This document shows positions 15,477 through 29,012 of a stretch of DNA of 64,000 nucleotides, in pieces (position 1 is the first letter of the stretch; each line of letters begins with the position of its first letter). Made by a program: the position numbers and the translations under genes. A model generated the notes under the pieces. It saw only the letters and a list, made by a program, of their open reading frames with translations, ran no database searches and was not told the DNA's origin. Source of the stretch: Balanoglossus misakiensis (Eukaryota; Animalia; Hemichordata); NCBI GenBank assembly GCA_040954595.2, contig CM082596.2, positions 6,894,791-6,958,790 on the forward strand, written 5' to 3'.

Positions 15477-16944
15477 GGAGAAGTTGTCTCGGCGCGCATC
15501 TCGGCCGCGTAGGTTGACCTGCCTGCGAATATTAAAATCCACGAGAAGTGTCGAAAGGAAAGTCAACGCATCACGCGATATCAGACTGGCGTGTTTGCAG
15601 TGGAGGAAAAACTGGGGGTGGATGATTTTTCTCTCTCTCCAGCGATCTAAATAAAGTAGTATTTAATGGTTGACAGGGCGCTATCACTCAAAGTCATCGC
15701 AGATTTCAAATAGAACTGCCCATACACAAAGTTCGCGGGCAGAATTAAAAACATTCGAATCGATCACGTGGCTGTGAGACATTTCCTGACCTACATTAAA
15801 ACAGTGATATATGGCTTGCGACGGTTTCGCTGCCGATGTATTGGTGGGTTTTTTTATTCTCTCTCGGCGGGAATGCTGGAGCACTTGGTAAAGTTTTTTT
15901 TTTATTGATTCGGGAAAGTGTGTTTTGAATGTGTTAACGAGAAACAAACATGGCAGGCGTGAGTTTTGACGATGGCCACTTGCAAAGACAGTTTAATGTT
16001 TTCCAGTTTGATTCATTATATAATGCACCTGGGTGCTTTGTTCCCCGCACTTTGATCACCGATATGCCGCTGATCGAAAAGTGCCAATCGCGGATCTCGT
16101 TGTCATGCAAATGAGGAGTTCCCGTGCTATTGTCTAAGGGGTGGTGGCGAGTAGAGTGTGAGAAACACTGGTGGCTGTGAGTGTGTGATCGCCGGTCGGG
16201 TGTCTTTCAAGAGACGCCCACTAAGACAAAGAGGTTATCGCGTGATTAGCCAAACATCCCGGTGTCTGCACTTAAAACGATACCCTTGGGATGGACCCGC
16301 GCTATGGACTATCGGCGATGTCCGGTGCATTGGCCAGGCGCTGAGACGTCCGCTGTGAGATTTTATCGACGGAGGTCGGGGGGGGGGGGGGGCGGTGGAA
16401 GAAGGGGGTGACTAACACACAGCTGGATCATGCACGGCTGCAATCTCAGCGATGCCCCCTCCCCTTTCAGAGAGACATTCGCACCTATCCCACTCGCCCT
16501 CGTCCCCCCGTTATCACTTTGTCACCCATTGTAGCCATTCGGGATTAGCTGCTCAGGTTAGGAAGTACTTCAGATTAATACCCCCGTTCCGTGCCCCACC
16601 CTTACCTACTCAAGACCCTTTGTAATTACCCTTGTTCCAATTTCAATAACAACGGAAAGTGATGAAGGGAAGATCACCCCAGAAAGCCGATCATGCTGGC
16701 GTTGGCCGGAAAAAAAAACTACAGATTTCACACCAAACGCCCGAAATTCCAAACAGAGATATTGAAAGGTTAAGTAGTTTTAACTTTTTTGGTCTCGGAA
16801 AGTGTTTATATCCGAAGAAGATCATGATCTCGCACAACATCCCCCAATTTCATCCGTTTTAATGAATACGTCATTTCCGTTCGGAGAAAGTATAACTTAT
16901 GGACTGGTGGTGAACCATGGTATGGCACCATCGAGAAGACGAAC

Positions 16945-16988
<44 letters not shown>

Positions 16989-16998
16989 CCATCATCAC

Positions 16999-17069
<71 letters not shown>
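16945..17069. repeat. (CAT)n trinucleotide microsatellite, ~125 bp, two CAC interruptions
   Basis: Directly visible; it produces the poly-I, poly-S and poly-D ORFs in the track. Confidence 0.97.
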
Positions 17070-20000
17070 ATTATAATGATGACCCTTTCTGCTGAAGACG
17101 GTGGGGGTGTACACATGTACATGTGTAGTATCAAATGCCACGCTACGACACATATAAATGACTTATTTTCACCTGTTTATATCTTGTCAACGGCATATCT
17201 TGTCAATAGCTTTTTACAGGTGCTAACAGTAGTATCTTATCATTATTACACAGTACACGTACATAATTAAAAGAATAATGTGTTGCTCTTTTTGTGATGT
17301 TCCAATAACCACCAGCTTTGCAACTTTGTTCTCTGTGAATTAATGCGCATTATATTCGTTTTACACGAGTGTGACTTTTAATCGAGTATATTTTTTTTGT
17401 TAATTTCGCGTCAGCGTTACCCATACGGATTATCATTCATCTGTATGTGTTAGTTTTTCTTACACACATACATGTATGTCACTATGACACTATCCGGAGA
17501 TGCTGAATTCACTGCTAATCGTACTGTTGGACAGTAACATTAACAAGAACATGCCTCGTAATTTTTAGATTTTTTTTTGTTTCATCCGCAGTTTCCACGG
17601 AGCAAGGAAATGAATGGGTGAAGACGGGAAGAGAGATCTCAGCCCAATTCCAAGAAAATTAATTATTTTTTTTCTAGGCGTCTATGTGCAGTCTGGCAGT
17701 TAAAGTGTCTGTGTTTGATCAGTGCTGTCTTTTGGACTAGCAGGGCCCGAGCACTTTTATTTTACAGCTGACTGAGTTGAATGGAGAAAATTAATTACTT
17801 TGCACGAAAATCGGGCCGTGATCAATGGCACCGCTGTAGAAACGAAATTGATTGCAAGCGAAAAGGGAGGCAGTGTGAAAATGAGAATTTATTAATTCGA
17901 AATTCATGGAATGAACGAATTTAACCTTATTCGCGTATAATTTGAGGTGTTCTGCCGGGGCCGCTACCAGAGACGGTTCCAGAGAGAGAGAGAGTCACGT
18001 CACATGTAATCGCTGCTGACACCTCGGGGTCAAAGGTCTCTTCAAGGTGGTCTGAACGTAACCGTTTCGGTTTCATCGTCGATTAAGGAGCGCGGGATCG
18101 CTGCAAGCCTATCGTTTGACGCGCGCTGATTGACTAGAGTGGGGTATACATGTATCTACGATCGGTGACACACGGCGCATCTATGCTGTATCAAAGTCAG
18201 GAGTGAACTGGCTATCCCTCCGTGATCAGCGATGCGCCCACAGCGTGTTCATCATCATCCTCATCACCGCGGCCGAAGTTTTGACCGGGATGAAAATCTT
18301 CACAAACCGCGGCGCGCGCCGGGGTGACTCGACAAATGCCATGGTAACGCTAGCCAATCCCGTGTAAAAGAGAACGTGTTGTAACTTTGATCGTGTATCG
18401 GTATTTGATCGGATGCAACAGCAAATTTCTTGCTTAAGCTTCGCTCTCTTCAGTGCGTTAGCGGAGAATTTTGCCTACAAAAGATCCCTCTCTACAGCCA
18501 CGGTCAGTGGCCGAGGCTGTCGTTGTTGTGAAATAGTTTTAAGTCCGGACTCCAATTTGTTCTTCAGGAACAGCCACGCCCGTATTTACTCTTATACATT
18601 TTAGACTGGAATGTTGAGCCCTCCAACACTCTTAAGCGAGTAGAACAAAAAATGACAAGCTTATGCCGATTTAAGCTTACCGTGCAACTTTACATTGAGG
18701 TTCAATATACATGTATTCCTGACGATACGTACCGGTACTTGGTCGCACATAAAAAGAATAGCTAACACTTCCTATAAACGCTACTTTCTGCGAAGGAATT
18801 TGTAGTTTGCTCAAAATCTGACCAGTCAATACGAACATCTATCGTAAACTGAGCTGCGATTTTTTTCTGTGCGTATTTCTGGAAGAAAAAGCGTAAATTT
18901 CAAAAGAAGATAAAATTCAACTGTACCTTAGAGAGAGCGATGAAATCGTCACCATCTGTATAAATCTCGGTACTACACCTGGGCACGTGACTGCCCCGCG
19001 CAAAAATCTACCCCTGTTGCGAGTGACGGGGCTCCCTCGGTGATCACCACTCTGTTACGCGGCAAATTAGTCCCAGACACTGCAGACCCGGTTGTATTGT
19101 CCGCGGTGCGCGCTGACTGGAGGATGTTGTGCTCGGTGGAGAATCTTCGGGAGAGTGTTATAAGCGCGTGGTGGTGAGACGATTGTGTCCGGTGCAATCG
19201 GCGGTATCAGACCAGCCGGGCGAGCGACATGTAACTTATACTGCCGGGGTTAATTGAAAGAGGGGGGAATCGCTTACTTCCAAAGCGTATATGCATTCCC
19301 GCATGACACACAATCTCGGCATTTGACTCCATCACGGTTGGCATGACAACGCCCCGGCGTGCGGAATTAAGACCACTTGTCTGTGCCGTGGTATAACTTT
19401 TTCCTGCGCGAAGGAAATTGTCTTCCCGACTGAAGAATTCGTATTTCATTAAGAATTTTGATTGAAGTTGGGTCTGTGACTTCCCCGTCTCGGCGGTGCG
19501 TCCGTCTCTTGCGTCAGAGAGGCCCAACTCTCAAATTAAAAACTTTGGCCAGTCGAGATTCACAGCTGACGTGGCATATTCTGGTCACAGAACGAGCAGA
19601 CAATTCCCTCGATTAACGATTGATGCACTGCATCGGGCGAAAAGGGAAGAATTGCGATAGTTGCGAGCCAACCCCAGGCACGCTTCTTGGGAATTTCGGC
19701 TCCAGCGCTTAATAAATTCCCGCTAACAAGCGTCTTGATTTCCCGGGGAAACAATGGAGAATGACTTTACCATTTGTGTTGCGAAGTTGCTGTCTGGGGC
19801 GGCGTGGCTTACTTACTTTCTAGCTTGCGTCTGTCCGACGGGAAGTGCAGAGACTTTCACGGACAGCGAACAACTGCGACGGGTTTTCCCGTTTCCCGAA
19901 CGTCAATCCTGTCACGGAACGCCGGGGAGACGCGCTCCGAACAGTCACCTCGCCAGCCCAACATCAGACTCATCAGTAACAAATACATAATAGAGAAATA

Positions 20001-23000
20001 CGCACCGATGTTCATGTTAGCACGGGGCATCCATCAATACACCCACTTCACCCATCCGTTTTCTGTCGCTCATCTTTAGAAGTTTTCCTCACGCAATCCA
20101 TCCAGGCGCTCGACTCATTTTTTTCTTTCGAATTCCGTTTTCAATCTAGTCGACGTCAGCAAAATGACAGCGGTCGACTGACATCGTGAACAGGTGGTGC
20201 GGTTACAGTCATCATCCGGGAACTATCGGCCATGTTCTTGCTTCCCGAAAGATTTGGTAGTTTCTCTGTCCAGTCTCTACTACAAAACCTTTCCTCGCCG
20301 TCGTCATCGAATCTTTAACAGAGAGTTAGAGGAAGAACAAAAACAGGGAGTGAATATCATCGTTCAACAGCAGGACACGACACACACAAACAAGTTTGTA
20401 AATACTGGAAGTACTTGGCTTGAAGATTAACACCATCGACCCGGGGCAACTTCATATCATTTGACATTGTTTGGGGTAAAAGATCTCCAAGGCACCCGGT
20501 TTTCTCAGTTTAAGTTTACTCCGACATACAAATGTGGAGATCATCTTATCGCTTGGTGAGATTATCGTCAAAATCTGGCTAACCGAGTCCAAGCCAAATC
20601 CGACACCCCACAGTATTGTCACAATTCGAAGGAAAAGTGGATTGAAAAACATCATTCAGAACATCATAGGTTTTACGAAATAAAAATGCGAATTATCAAA
20701 AAAGATAGTCTCTTTTGTCAATTCCGTTTAAAACTGAGAAAAATCCACCAAAAATGGCCTTGTCTTTATTTGGAACGAGGGCGTGTATAGTATATACGCC
20801 AAATGAACCCAGCTCACAAAAGACTGTGTGGTTTAGCAGGAAAAGCTCCGAGACAGCTTGTACTTATTTTCAGGTACTAGACGGGTTTTCCTTGCTGAAA
20901 TGGGAATATGACTGCTGCGTGTCTACCGCCATCTCGGGGAAATCAGGTTACGAAAAATAATAAATATGCCACGCGGCATCGCTGTATATGAGATCGGTAT
21001 TTTGATGGGGGAGTGTGTGGTTGCGATTCAATATATCCGGACCAGGGCTAGTTATATTCTACGAAACGGCGAAACATGACGATACCATTATTAAAATAGG
21101 GGCCAGTCATCAAGACGGCACCAGCACCAAATCCATGCCTATGAACAGAAGGGCCGACCCGAGAGCCACCGGGGGAAAATTCGATACGCTTTATTATAAA
21201 TTCAATAGGGTACTGCCGTGTGCCCTGGAGACGTGACGAATTGTGCACTCAATTTGGCCTTTAAAATCTCTGCGGCCACACATCCGACGCATGCTCTAAA
21301 GCCAATCTTTCTCTCTCTCTTTTCCAACTGACTGAGCACAGGACAATGCCGGTACCGCCGCGCCTGGCGAGAATACGGACGCAGCTGGCCTGTTCGACAA
21401 TATACCATAGATGGCGCTGTCCTGCCACCCAGCGTGCTTGTTGACCCCGTCCACCTCGGCGACCCGGGTCATCGCTCCCCGGGGGCAAAAGAAACCCTAG
21501 AATCCCGAATAGACGTTGGCGCGAATGCCGTTCTTTGTCCGGGCCAAAGCTTAGCTGCAAGGTGTGCAAACGAGATTTGATTGGTTGTGTTACATTTAAT
21601 GAATTTGGTTTCTTTACGCGGTTGTTGTAAGCCAGTCAAGGGGGCATGGCGCTTGAAAAGCCTCCGCTCTGACAGACCCGCGAAGTACTGCAAGAATTGC
21701 ACAAGTCTGTATTTCACAGTTACCTTCACACGTGCGTGACGTAATTGTCCGTTAACATACCATCTGTATGCCGCGCCCAGTCCCTTCCCAAAAGTCTGCT
21801 GTATGCCTGTCTCCTGGTCGCCAGAAATCCCAAGTTTTGACGACACGGCCAGCTGATTCAGGAGACAAATAATATGTAAATCAGAGAAGGAGTCATGACC
21901 TAGCTCTAGGGGGCAGTATTCTCCGAATCGCTTCAGCCGGAATTTCTGTAAAAAGATTCAAAAATTAATTTAGCGTCTTTTCTTGTCCCTGATTACCCAA
22001 CCATGGAAACTACGTGTTAACAAACTGTTTCTGTTGACGTAAAACCATGAAAATTTATCCTACAGCGTCACTGAGAAGACCTTCTGTGAGAAAACTGACC
22101 ACAACGAAGACAAAACTTTTAATTTTTAGAAAACATCTGTTGGTATAATAATTTGCCCCGAATGCCAAATTCAAAATTACGACTTGTGTAAGTTGAGCCC
22201 TCGGGTAGGTAAAAAAAATGCCCATGGAATCGCTCATCGCCACCAAACTACACGCTGGCACACACGTCATCACTCCATCTAACAACCTCGTTACGTCTTC
22301 CCAATTAAAGTTTATCGCTGCTCTCACTGAGCTCCAGTGTTGACCAGCCCACCCTTGCAGTTGGAGCGGACGGATTGCCCCCAAAGTAATACCGGGGCTG
22401 TGAAAACCCAATTCCCCTCGACGGCCGGCATTCCAGCATTTTTTTAAAAAAACTGGCAAATTTTATGTACACACTGATTCGGATCCAGCCAGGCAACCTG
22501 GACCAGCCGTCCCCGGGACGAACGCAGTGTGAACTCCATCCAGACCGCAACGCAGTGACGCAAACGGCTGACCTGCCGTTAATTCACGGCCAAGGCCGAT
22601 GGAGCTCCCCGACTTTCGCCGAAAGGAAAAAGTTTAATTGTTGTCATCCGGGCGGTTGGAGAGATCACGACATCCATGTTTCATATGTTTCTTGTTCCCA
22701 ACCCGCCGTAAATCACGCCGATTACATGCGTCAGTTGTCAAATAACCCCACATGTGTTTGTGGTTCTTCTGGCCAGTGTTTTGGTTAAAGTGCTCGTTAC
22801 GCAGTCTCGCTACCGTATTTAACAACAAGAGAACGTTGAAATATAGTTCATAAAATATCAGAAGATTAAACAGCTGTTCAAGAAACACTCGCAGAAAAGT
22901 GGGGCGATTTTTTGGGCTACTGTGAGCCGCTAGGGGGCGGCAGATAAGATACCCGATCGATGCCACACATGTCACCTGGGGTGCGTTCGACGCACAAAGC

Positions 23001-26000
23001 GTTTTGTGAATGCTTGCGCAGGGCGCTTTTGTACTTCGTCGAACGATAAGCTTGCCTCTCACAAGAGGGCGCCGTCAATGACCTTTGGCTTTTCAGAGAC
23101 AGCGGCCGTCAGCAATAACGTCCCGGTGCGCATACAAGGACATGATTCCGGAAGTGCATACCCCTTTTAAACCGTTTTACACAAGAGAGTAGCGGCACAA
23201 TCCATGTCAATTGGTTTATTGATTGAGAAAAAATACAAGCTTTCGCTTGGTAAAACTATCAATACCTAAATCGACAAATATTCTGCAACGCTTTCGAAAA
23301 TATGCCCTGCGAGTCGTACTTCGGCTTACATGTCCGCCATTTTGAATTAATGAGTTGTTCGCGGCGAGTCACCTCCGTCTTACGCCTTCCATTGTTACAA
23401 AACGTTCGCGAAAAACAATGACAAAAGATCGTTCGACATGAAAACGTTTCCGAACGTTACCGAACGCTTCGTACGTCGAACGCACCCCAGGGGCACGACC
23501 CGGATGTGACGATTCAGAATCTGAAGCTACAGGTTCTGTCAACACGCGTGGCACCTTGCATGACGAGGTCTTTGCTTACGTGTTCCCAAGGGAGTGTTAC
23601 GTGGGAGGATTTGGGAGAAGACACCATTTTCAAAGTCAAAAAACAGCTGTTAAATAAACGGACTTTTACTCATTGCCGATAATTAATTGAAAAAAGAGCT
23701 TATGGTGTCTACTCCCTGCCGAGAGAAATTGAGCGATATATATAGAGAGATGGTGCGAGAGAGTGGGGAGGGGAGAGAGACTGAGACAGAGACAGAGTGA
23801 GACAGAGGGAGAAATCCAAGTATGAACACATATACATCACGCAATATGAATATTCGATATAAAAAATACCAATAATAACTCAAACCCTATCATTTTCTGG
23901 ACAGTGTGTTGTAGGTCATACACTTAAAAAATGTGTGCATGCATGTTGGTTGGTCTAGCTGCTCTTGCTTTATTATAACGAGGGCGCTGATCATTTTTTG
24001 GGATTTGGCACTGAGAGATTGCACATACGCTACACGCGATTTCAAAACAGTAGATACACATTACGAAGTGTGAAAATGACGTTGTAAAGTTGCAACTGTC
24101 TCGATAATGAACTTTAAATCAAATACAAAGAGGTATTTTCATGTTTCTGTTTGTCAATGAGTATGGTTCGCAGTATTCAAAGACAATCGCGGCGCGGAGA
24201 ATAACGAATTCTGAGGGTTATAGTAGCCGTTGTTGGCCCCATGTTCGCTTTTTATTACTTTAAACAAAATCCCTCAATTGGCCGCGGAGTTCTCTACAAA
24301 AACTGTTAAAATTTAAGTCTTTTGTGTCGGGAATTCGATCGCTTTGGGTCAGGGTGGTCCCGTGGGTGGTGGGTATGGTGGCGCCTGCGTCCACGGCGAA
24401 TTAATTAAACAATGCGGAGACGATCATTTTTTCGATCGCTTGGACCATGATGGTATGCGGCCAAGGAGTCTTTGTCGGTCCGGCGACGACGTGGCCTCCG
24501 AATCGTTGGCTTTGGCAGTGTTCGTTTTTGGTGGGCAGTGTTATGGGCAACATTAAAAGATGTTTCAAGTGCTCGTCAAAATTTGATATTCTTGTGGAGC
24601 GAGCCAAACGGCGTGTAATGGGAGGAAGTGAGCAGACGCAGAGACGGTTTCACTCACGTGACCACGTCTTCAGTGTCGGTGAACTTGAAATACTTTGGTG
24701 CTGATGATAACGCGGCGGCCGTTTGCCAAGTTCACCGCTTTCTACTACTTCCGCACAGCTGTTTCGATAGCCCGGATCCGTCACCCTCTTGCTCTGCTGA
24801 GGGGGAGAGGGTGACGTGCTGGTCAGCTGAACTGAAATGAACTTTACTGAACAGATCCATCATGGGAATCACTGAATTCTTGAACAATTAAGCAAGCTTA
24901 TGCGTGTCACAAGAGACTTTTGCAAAACGATTCTACGCTCTTGTCATTTAAAAAAAACGTAAATTGTCGCCAAGCGAATGTTTGTACCAAATCACCCGCA
25001 TGGTATCATTTGGAAATTGGCTTGAGTACAACTTAAAGAAAAAAAATCTTCGACGATTGTATACCGCAGCACACACAACACAGTCCAGGTTGGTAATATT
25101 CACGTACAAGATTTCCCATGACGGAAAGTCCAAACACGTCAAACTATCACCGATTGCGAATCGGAAGCGGACGACCGGAAGTTGACGGCGGAAGGTGTCT
25201 CAGTCTATAATATATCGGAGGTAGCAAGTTGTTTTGAACTGTTTTGATGATCCCCCATATATCTGATCAGCCCCATTACATTTACGACGAAAGGGGCTTG
25301 TTCCCCCACGACCTTGGAAGTTTCCGTAGAGCTTTCCCAGGGTTTGGGGGAATATATTGGTTCGATGGTTAGTTCATACGGCTTAGATTAAGCATTCAAG
25401 TTAATTGCTGGTACGCACGCGCAGACAGACAGATATTCACAACCAAAGAAAACGAAATAAACTTCTTTTTTTCAAAACTACGACACACAGACATACTGGT
25501 CCACTGGACGTTTCTTAGCTTCAATTTAACTTTTATTTTATGACAGCAACGACAAGGGTTATGTTCTTGAGCAAAGGTTTAGTGGCCAGCCTGCTTGCAA
25601 AACAAACAAACAAATAAATGGAACAGCCAACAAAATGGCGGCCGTTAATTTCTCAAAAGCGGAAGTCGGGACGATGATGTTTCGCCTGGGGTTTGAGAAG
25701 ATGTGTTTGTGTTTGTTTTGTGTGATTTTATGAATGCGTGGGAATCAATTGCGGCTATTAAATTAAAACAACTGAACAACAACCGAGACTATTTCTTTTT
25801 GCCGTGTGAAATATTTCTTCGCTCACTAGGATTTTAAAATCGGCCTTGAACTTCGGATAGGCGAATCGCTCGTCACGTGGTTTCGCTGGTAGAATGCACA
25901 CGGTGCATTCATGTAGCTGGCCAACCCCCCCCCCCCCACCACCACCACCACCACCACACCTGCCACGACGGACATGACAAAATCTAAACCACGTCACCAA

Positions 26001-28827
26001 GTTTTCTTGAAACTTGGGTCCGGAGACAGAATATGCGTGTAGCACGTATACCAACTTGATTTTTCGTTTACTGTACGTGCCCGTGTGCGCACATGTTTCG
26101 GGGGTAATACTGTTTTACGTTAGTCGGATGGCGACTGCTACATTTTTACGAGGGATGTACTTGGTGGGGTTATTGGGGTGTATTAAGACCTACTAAACGG
26201 ACCCTGTTGGAGCTTAATTGATGCGCTGCTGTGACGTCACAAGTGGGAAATCTCCAACGCCCCCACGCGAAACTTTCCACTGAAAGCGAAGAAGTTGCAC
26301 GTTCCCTCCCCCCCACCCCCCACCCCCTCACAAAAAAACGAGACGCATTACTTGCTTATGTTGATAGAAGAAACGTGAAACAAAGTTAAAATCTGGCGTG
26401 TGTGTGATTGTGGATGTCTTGGTCGTAAGGCGAATGAAACCAGAATCCCGTGAAAGCCAGGCCGAGAATGGCTGTTGAAAATGGCAACCTGTTGTATAAA
26501 ATAGTCATTCATGAAATGGCGACAGACAGTAGTATTGGGGAGTACATTTTCTTCCGGTGATATACATTTTGATGAAACGCGAACTTGCCTCAGAGTGTTT
26601 ACTCGTGCACCGTGACTGGCTGCCATTCTGAAGATACTAGTAGATCTTTCGACAAGATGTAGTTAGACCAAAGTTAAGTTAAGTTAGACCAAACAGAGAC
26701 AACAAGCTTTAATACTGTGTCTACAGATCGGTCGCAAGTGCAGTTTGACATTTACCACGCGTGGTTTGGTAAAGACCGATATCTGCAACGTTTTAATCAT
26801 TGTAATGCTAGACGAACGCATGTTAAACAAGATCTGAAGATCTTCTTGTAATTGCTTTTAAATTATTAAAATTATTGGTAAATTTGCATATGAGCATAGT
26901 GATATAATAGGGAAACCGCCCAAGACTCATCCGGTAATGTACAATTTCATAGAAACCATGAAATGTACAATCGAGCGTGCGAAATTGACTCTAATTGACG
27001 CACTAAACCAATCATTGCGTATTTGCCAACTGACACAGTGGGTAGTTTCCTGGTTTAAAACTCTATGATGTAAGATAAGCAGTGTGGCTTTGATTATCAC
27101 AGTACTGAGAGCGATCGTTTACTGGTAATTTTGTTATTAAGCGGAAGTGCTTTAAAGGTTTACGAAGCTGATACGTCACCCGGGGACTATATGTCAACAC
27201 TGGCGTATAATTTGAAGCAATGGGGGTAAATTGGATTAGGCTATCGTGGAGAATGAGGTCATATAGCTACCGGGCTTTTTCAGGCCATTCGCGTTGGCCC
27301 TGGGGGTGTTCCAGCCCTAAAACGTTAATTGTTCGCATTCTTGCGCAGAAATGCACCCGAGGCCAAAGGCACATGATTTGTCATAAGAAGAGTACTGTTG
27401 TATGTGTTATATATATACGCCATGCGTTAAGTTTAACCCGCCTGCGGACGGTCTTTCTGCCAAAAGTGAACGAGGCACAGCGCATTACGCAAGCCTGCGC
27501 CCCAGACCACCTCTGAAGGGGACGCGCGCGGGCGCGGCGCGTCCAAGGCCTGTTCAGCATCGCGTAGACGCCTCATCGCAGAGGTCATGACCCCACACAC
27601 CGCGATGCCGGGTGACCTTATAATTCGATGCGGTGGGGGTAACTTCAGACGGTTGCCATGATCACAAGGCGAGAGACGCCCCTTTCCGCCGCAGGTCTTT
27701 CTATGCCATTGTTTTAATTATTACCGTTGTCAAAGAAACGGCACGGTTTACAATAACTTTGCGGCCCACCGTGGCACAGCTACTGCTCGGGAAGTTTTTG
27801 TATGAGTGTCTGGCTATGTTAGAAGTTAATTTAATGACATAGGGGGACATCCCGTCGCGTAAATAATGACTATACACCGAAGCAAGGGAAAGAAAAACAT
27901 TTCACGAAATAACAAAATGTTCTCTAGAACGATCGACGTCTATTAAACAAATTGGCCTTGCCCGGAATACCACCGCGATATCTTCCGAAATTAAAATCAA
28001 AGTGAACACTATTTGAGAAAAAAAACACAAAAGCACATCCAGTCATCACTTAACTGTGCTTCGAGGAAAGGTTTGACGCATCTTTCGTGAAATTTAAATC
28101 AGCCTTGGGCAGCCGAAATCCGAGATGCCGTCGACAGATTGCGCGCATTTCAAAATAAACGAAGCGTAAAATGGAAAGAATAAAAAATTGGAAGAAAATG
28201 AGTCACTCTGGTTCAGTAAAGTAATGTATAGCTGTCATCATTCTATGCGAAGTTGATCAGAAACGAACGAACAATCAAGAAATTTCCGAAATTCCGTTAC
28301 ATCCTACAACTTTTGTACACGACTTTACATGTATATGAAATATTGAAATTTTATTTTTTCGGACTCGAATTGGAAATGACTTTTACAAACTGGGCCTGAT
28401 ATAGTGAATTCAAATAAGTGAAAATCGCACAGGGGCAATAAAATTTTTACAAGTCTGGCATTAACTGTTCCCCACTTTCGGCAAACTCGTCACAAGTGCT
28501 TGAATAAATAATTTGTTCCTGTTTACCTGCGCCCCCTACCGGTTTGATGTGGTCCTGTGAACACAGTGACAAGCCGACAGGAGTCTGGAAAGTCCATCCT
28601 TGGATCGCGGACGCAAAGAAGGATGATGGAGTAAATCTGGAATGGGAAGAGGGTGATTTGAATTCGGACTCTTCTAATCAAACTCTCGTTAACGCGCTCC
28701 GTTTCCGTTCGGCGATGACGTACACTCTCTGTTGACTGGCGCGAGGGGAAGTCGAGCGCTGCTCAAAATTTTGTGGTGAATCACCCCGCGCGTCACAGGG
28801 GGGCTTTCTCTGCCCGCGACAGGGAGG

Positions 28828-28835
28828 TATAAAAA
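28828..28835 (+). promoter_or_regulatory. Putative TATA box of Wnt10
   Basis: TATAAAAA in GC-rich context, 185 bp upstream of the ATG at 29013. Confidence 0.55.
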
Positions 28836-29012
28836 CCAGACCATGGCTCGGCGATTGACAAACCTACGCGCACCCCTGACACCGGCGAGTAAACTTGGAG
28901 AGGTGACGATTGATCCCGAAAAAAACTTCGGCAGGATCCGTGAAACTAAACAGAACCGATTCAAAACGTACACCGACTGATTAGCACCACGAGAGATAAC
29001 AGCGGCCGCGGA

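Noticed and set aside
16802-17270. Poly-Ile, poly-Ser and poly-Asp ORFs
   Set aside because: Translations of the (CAT)n microsatellite.
24344-24840. Overlapping short ORFs considered as Wnt10 exon 1 or an intervening gene
   Set aside because: No signal peptide or recognisable motif; a better, phase-compatible exon 1 exists at 29013-29059.
28843-28980. 45-codon upstream ORF (ACCATGG context) before Wnt10
   Set aside because: Its ATG is only ~15 bp after the TATA box, upstream of the expected TSS (~28858), so it is probably not in the mRNA. It would matter only if an upstream TSS exists.
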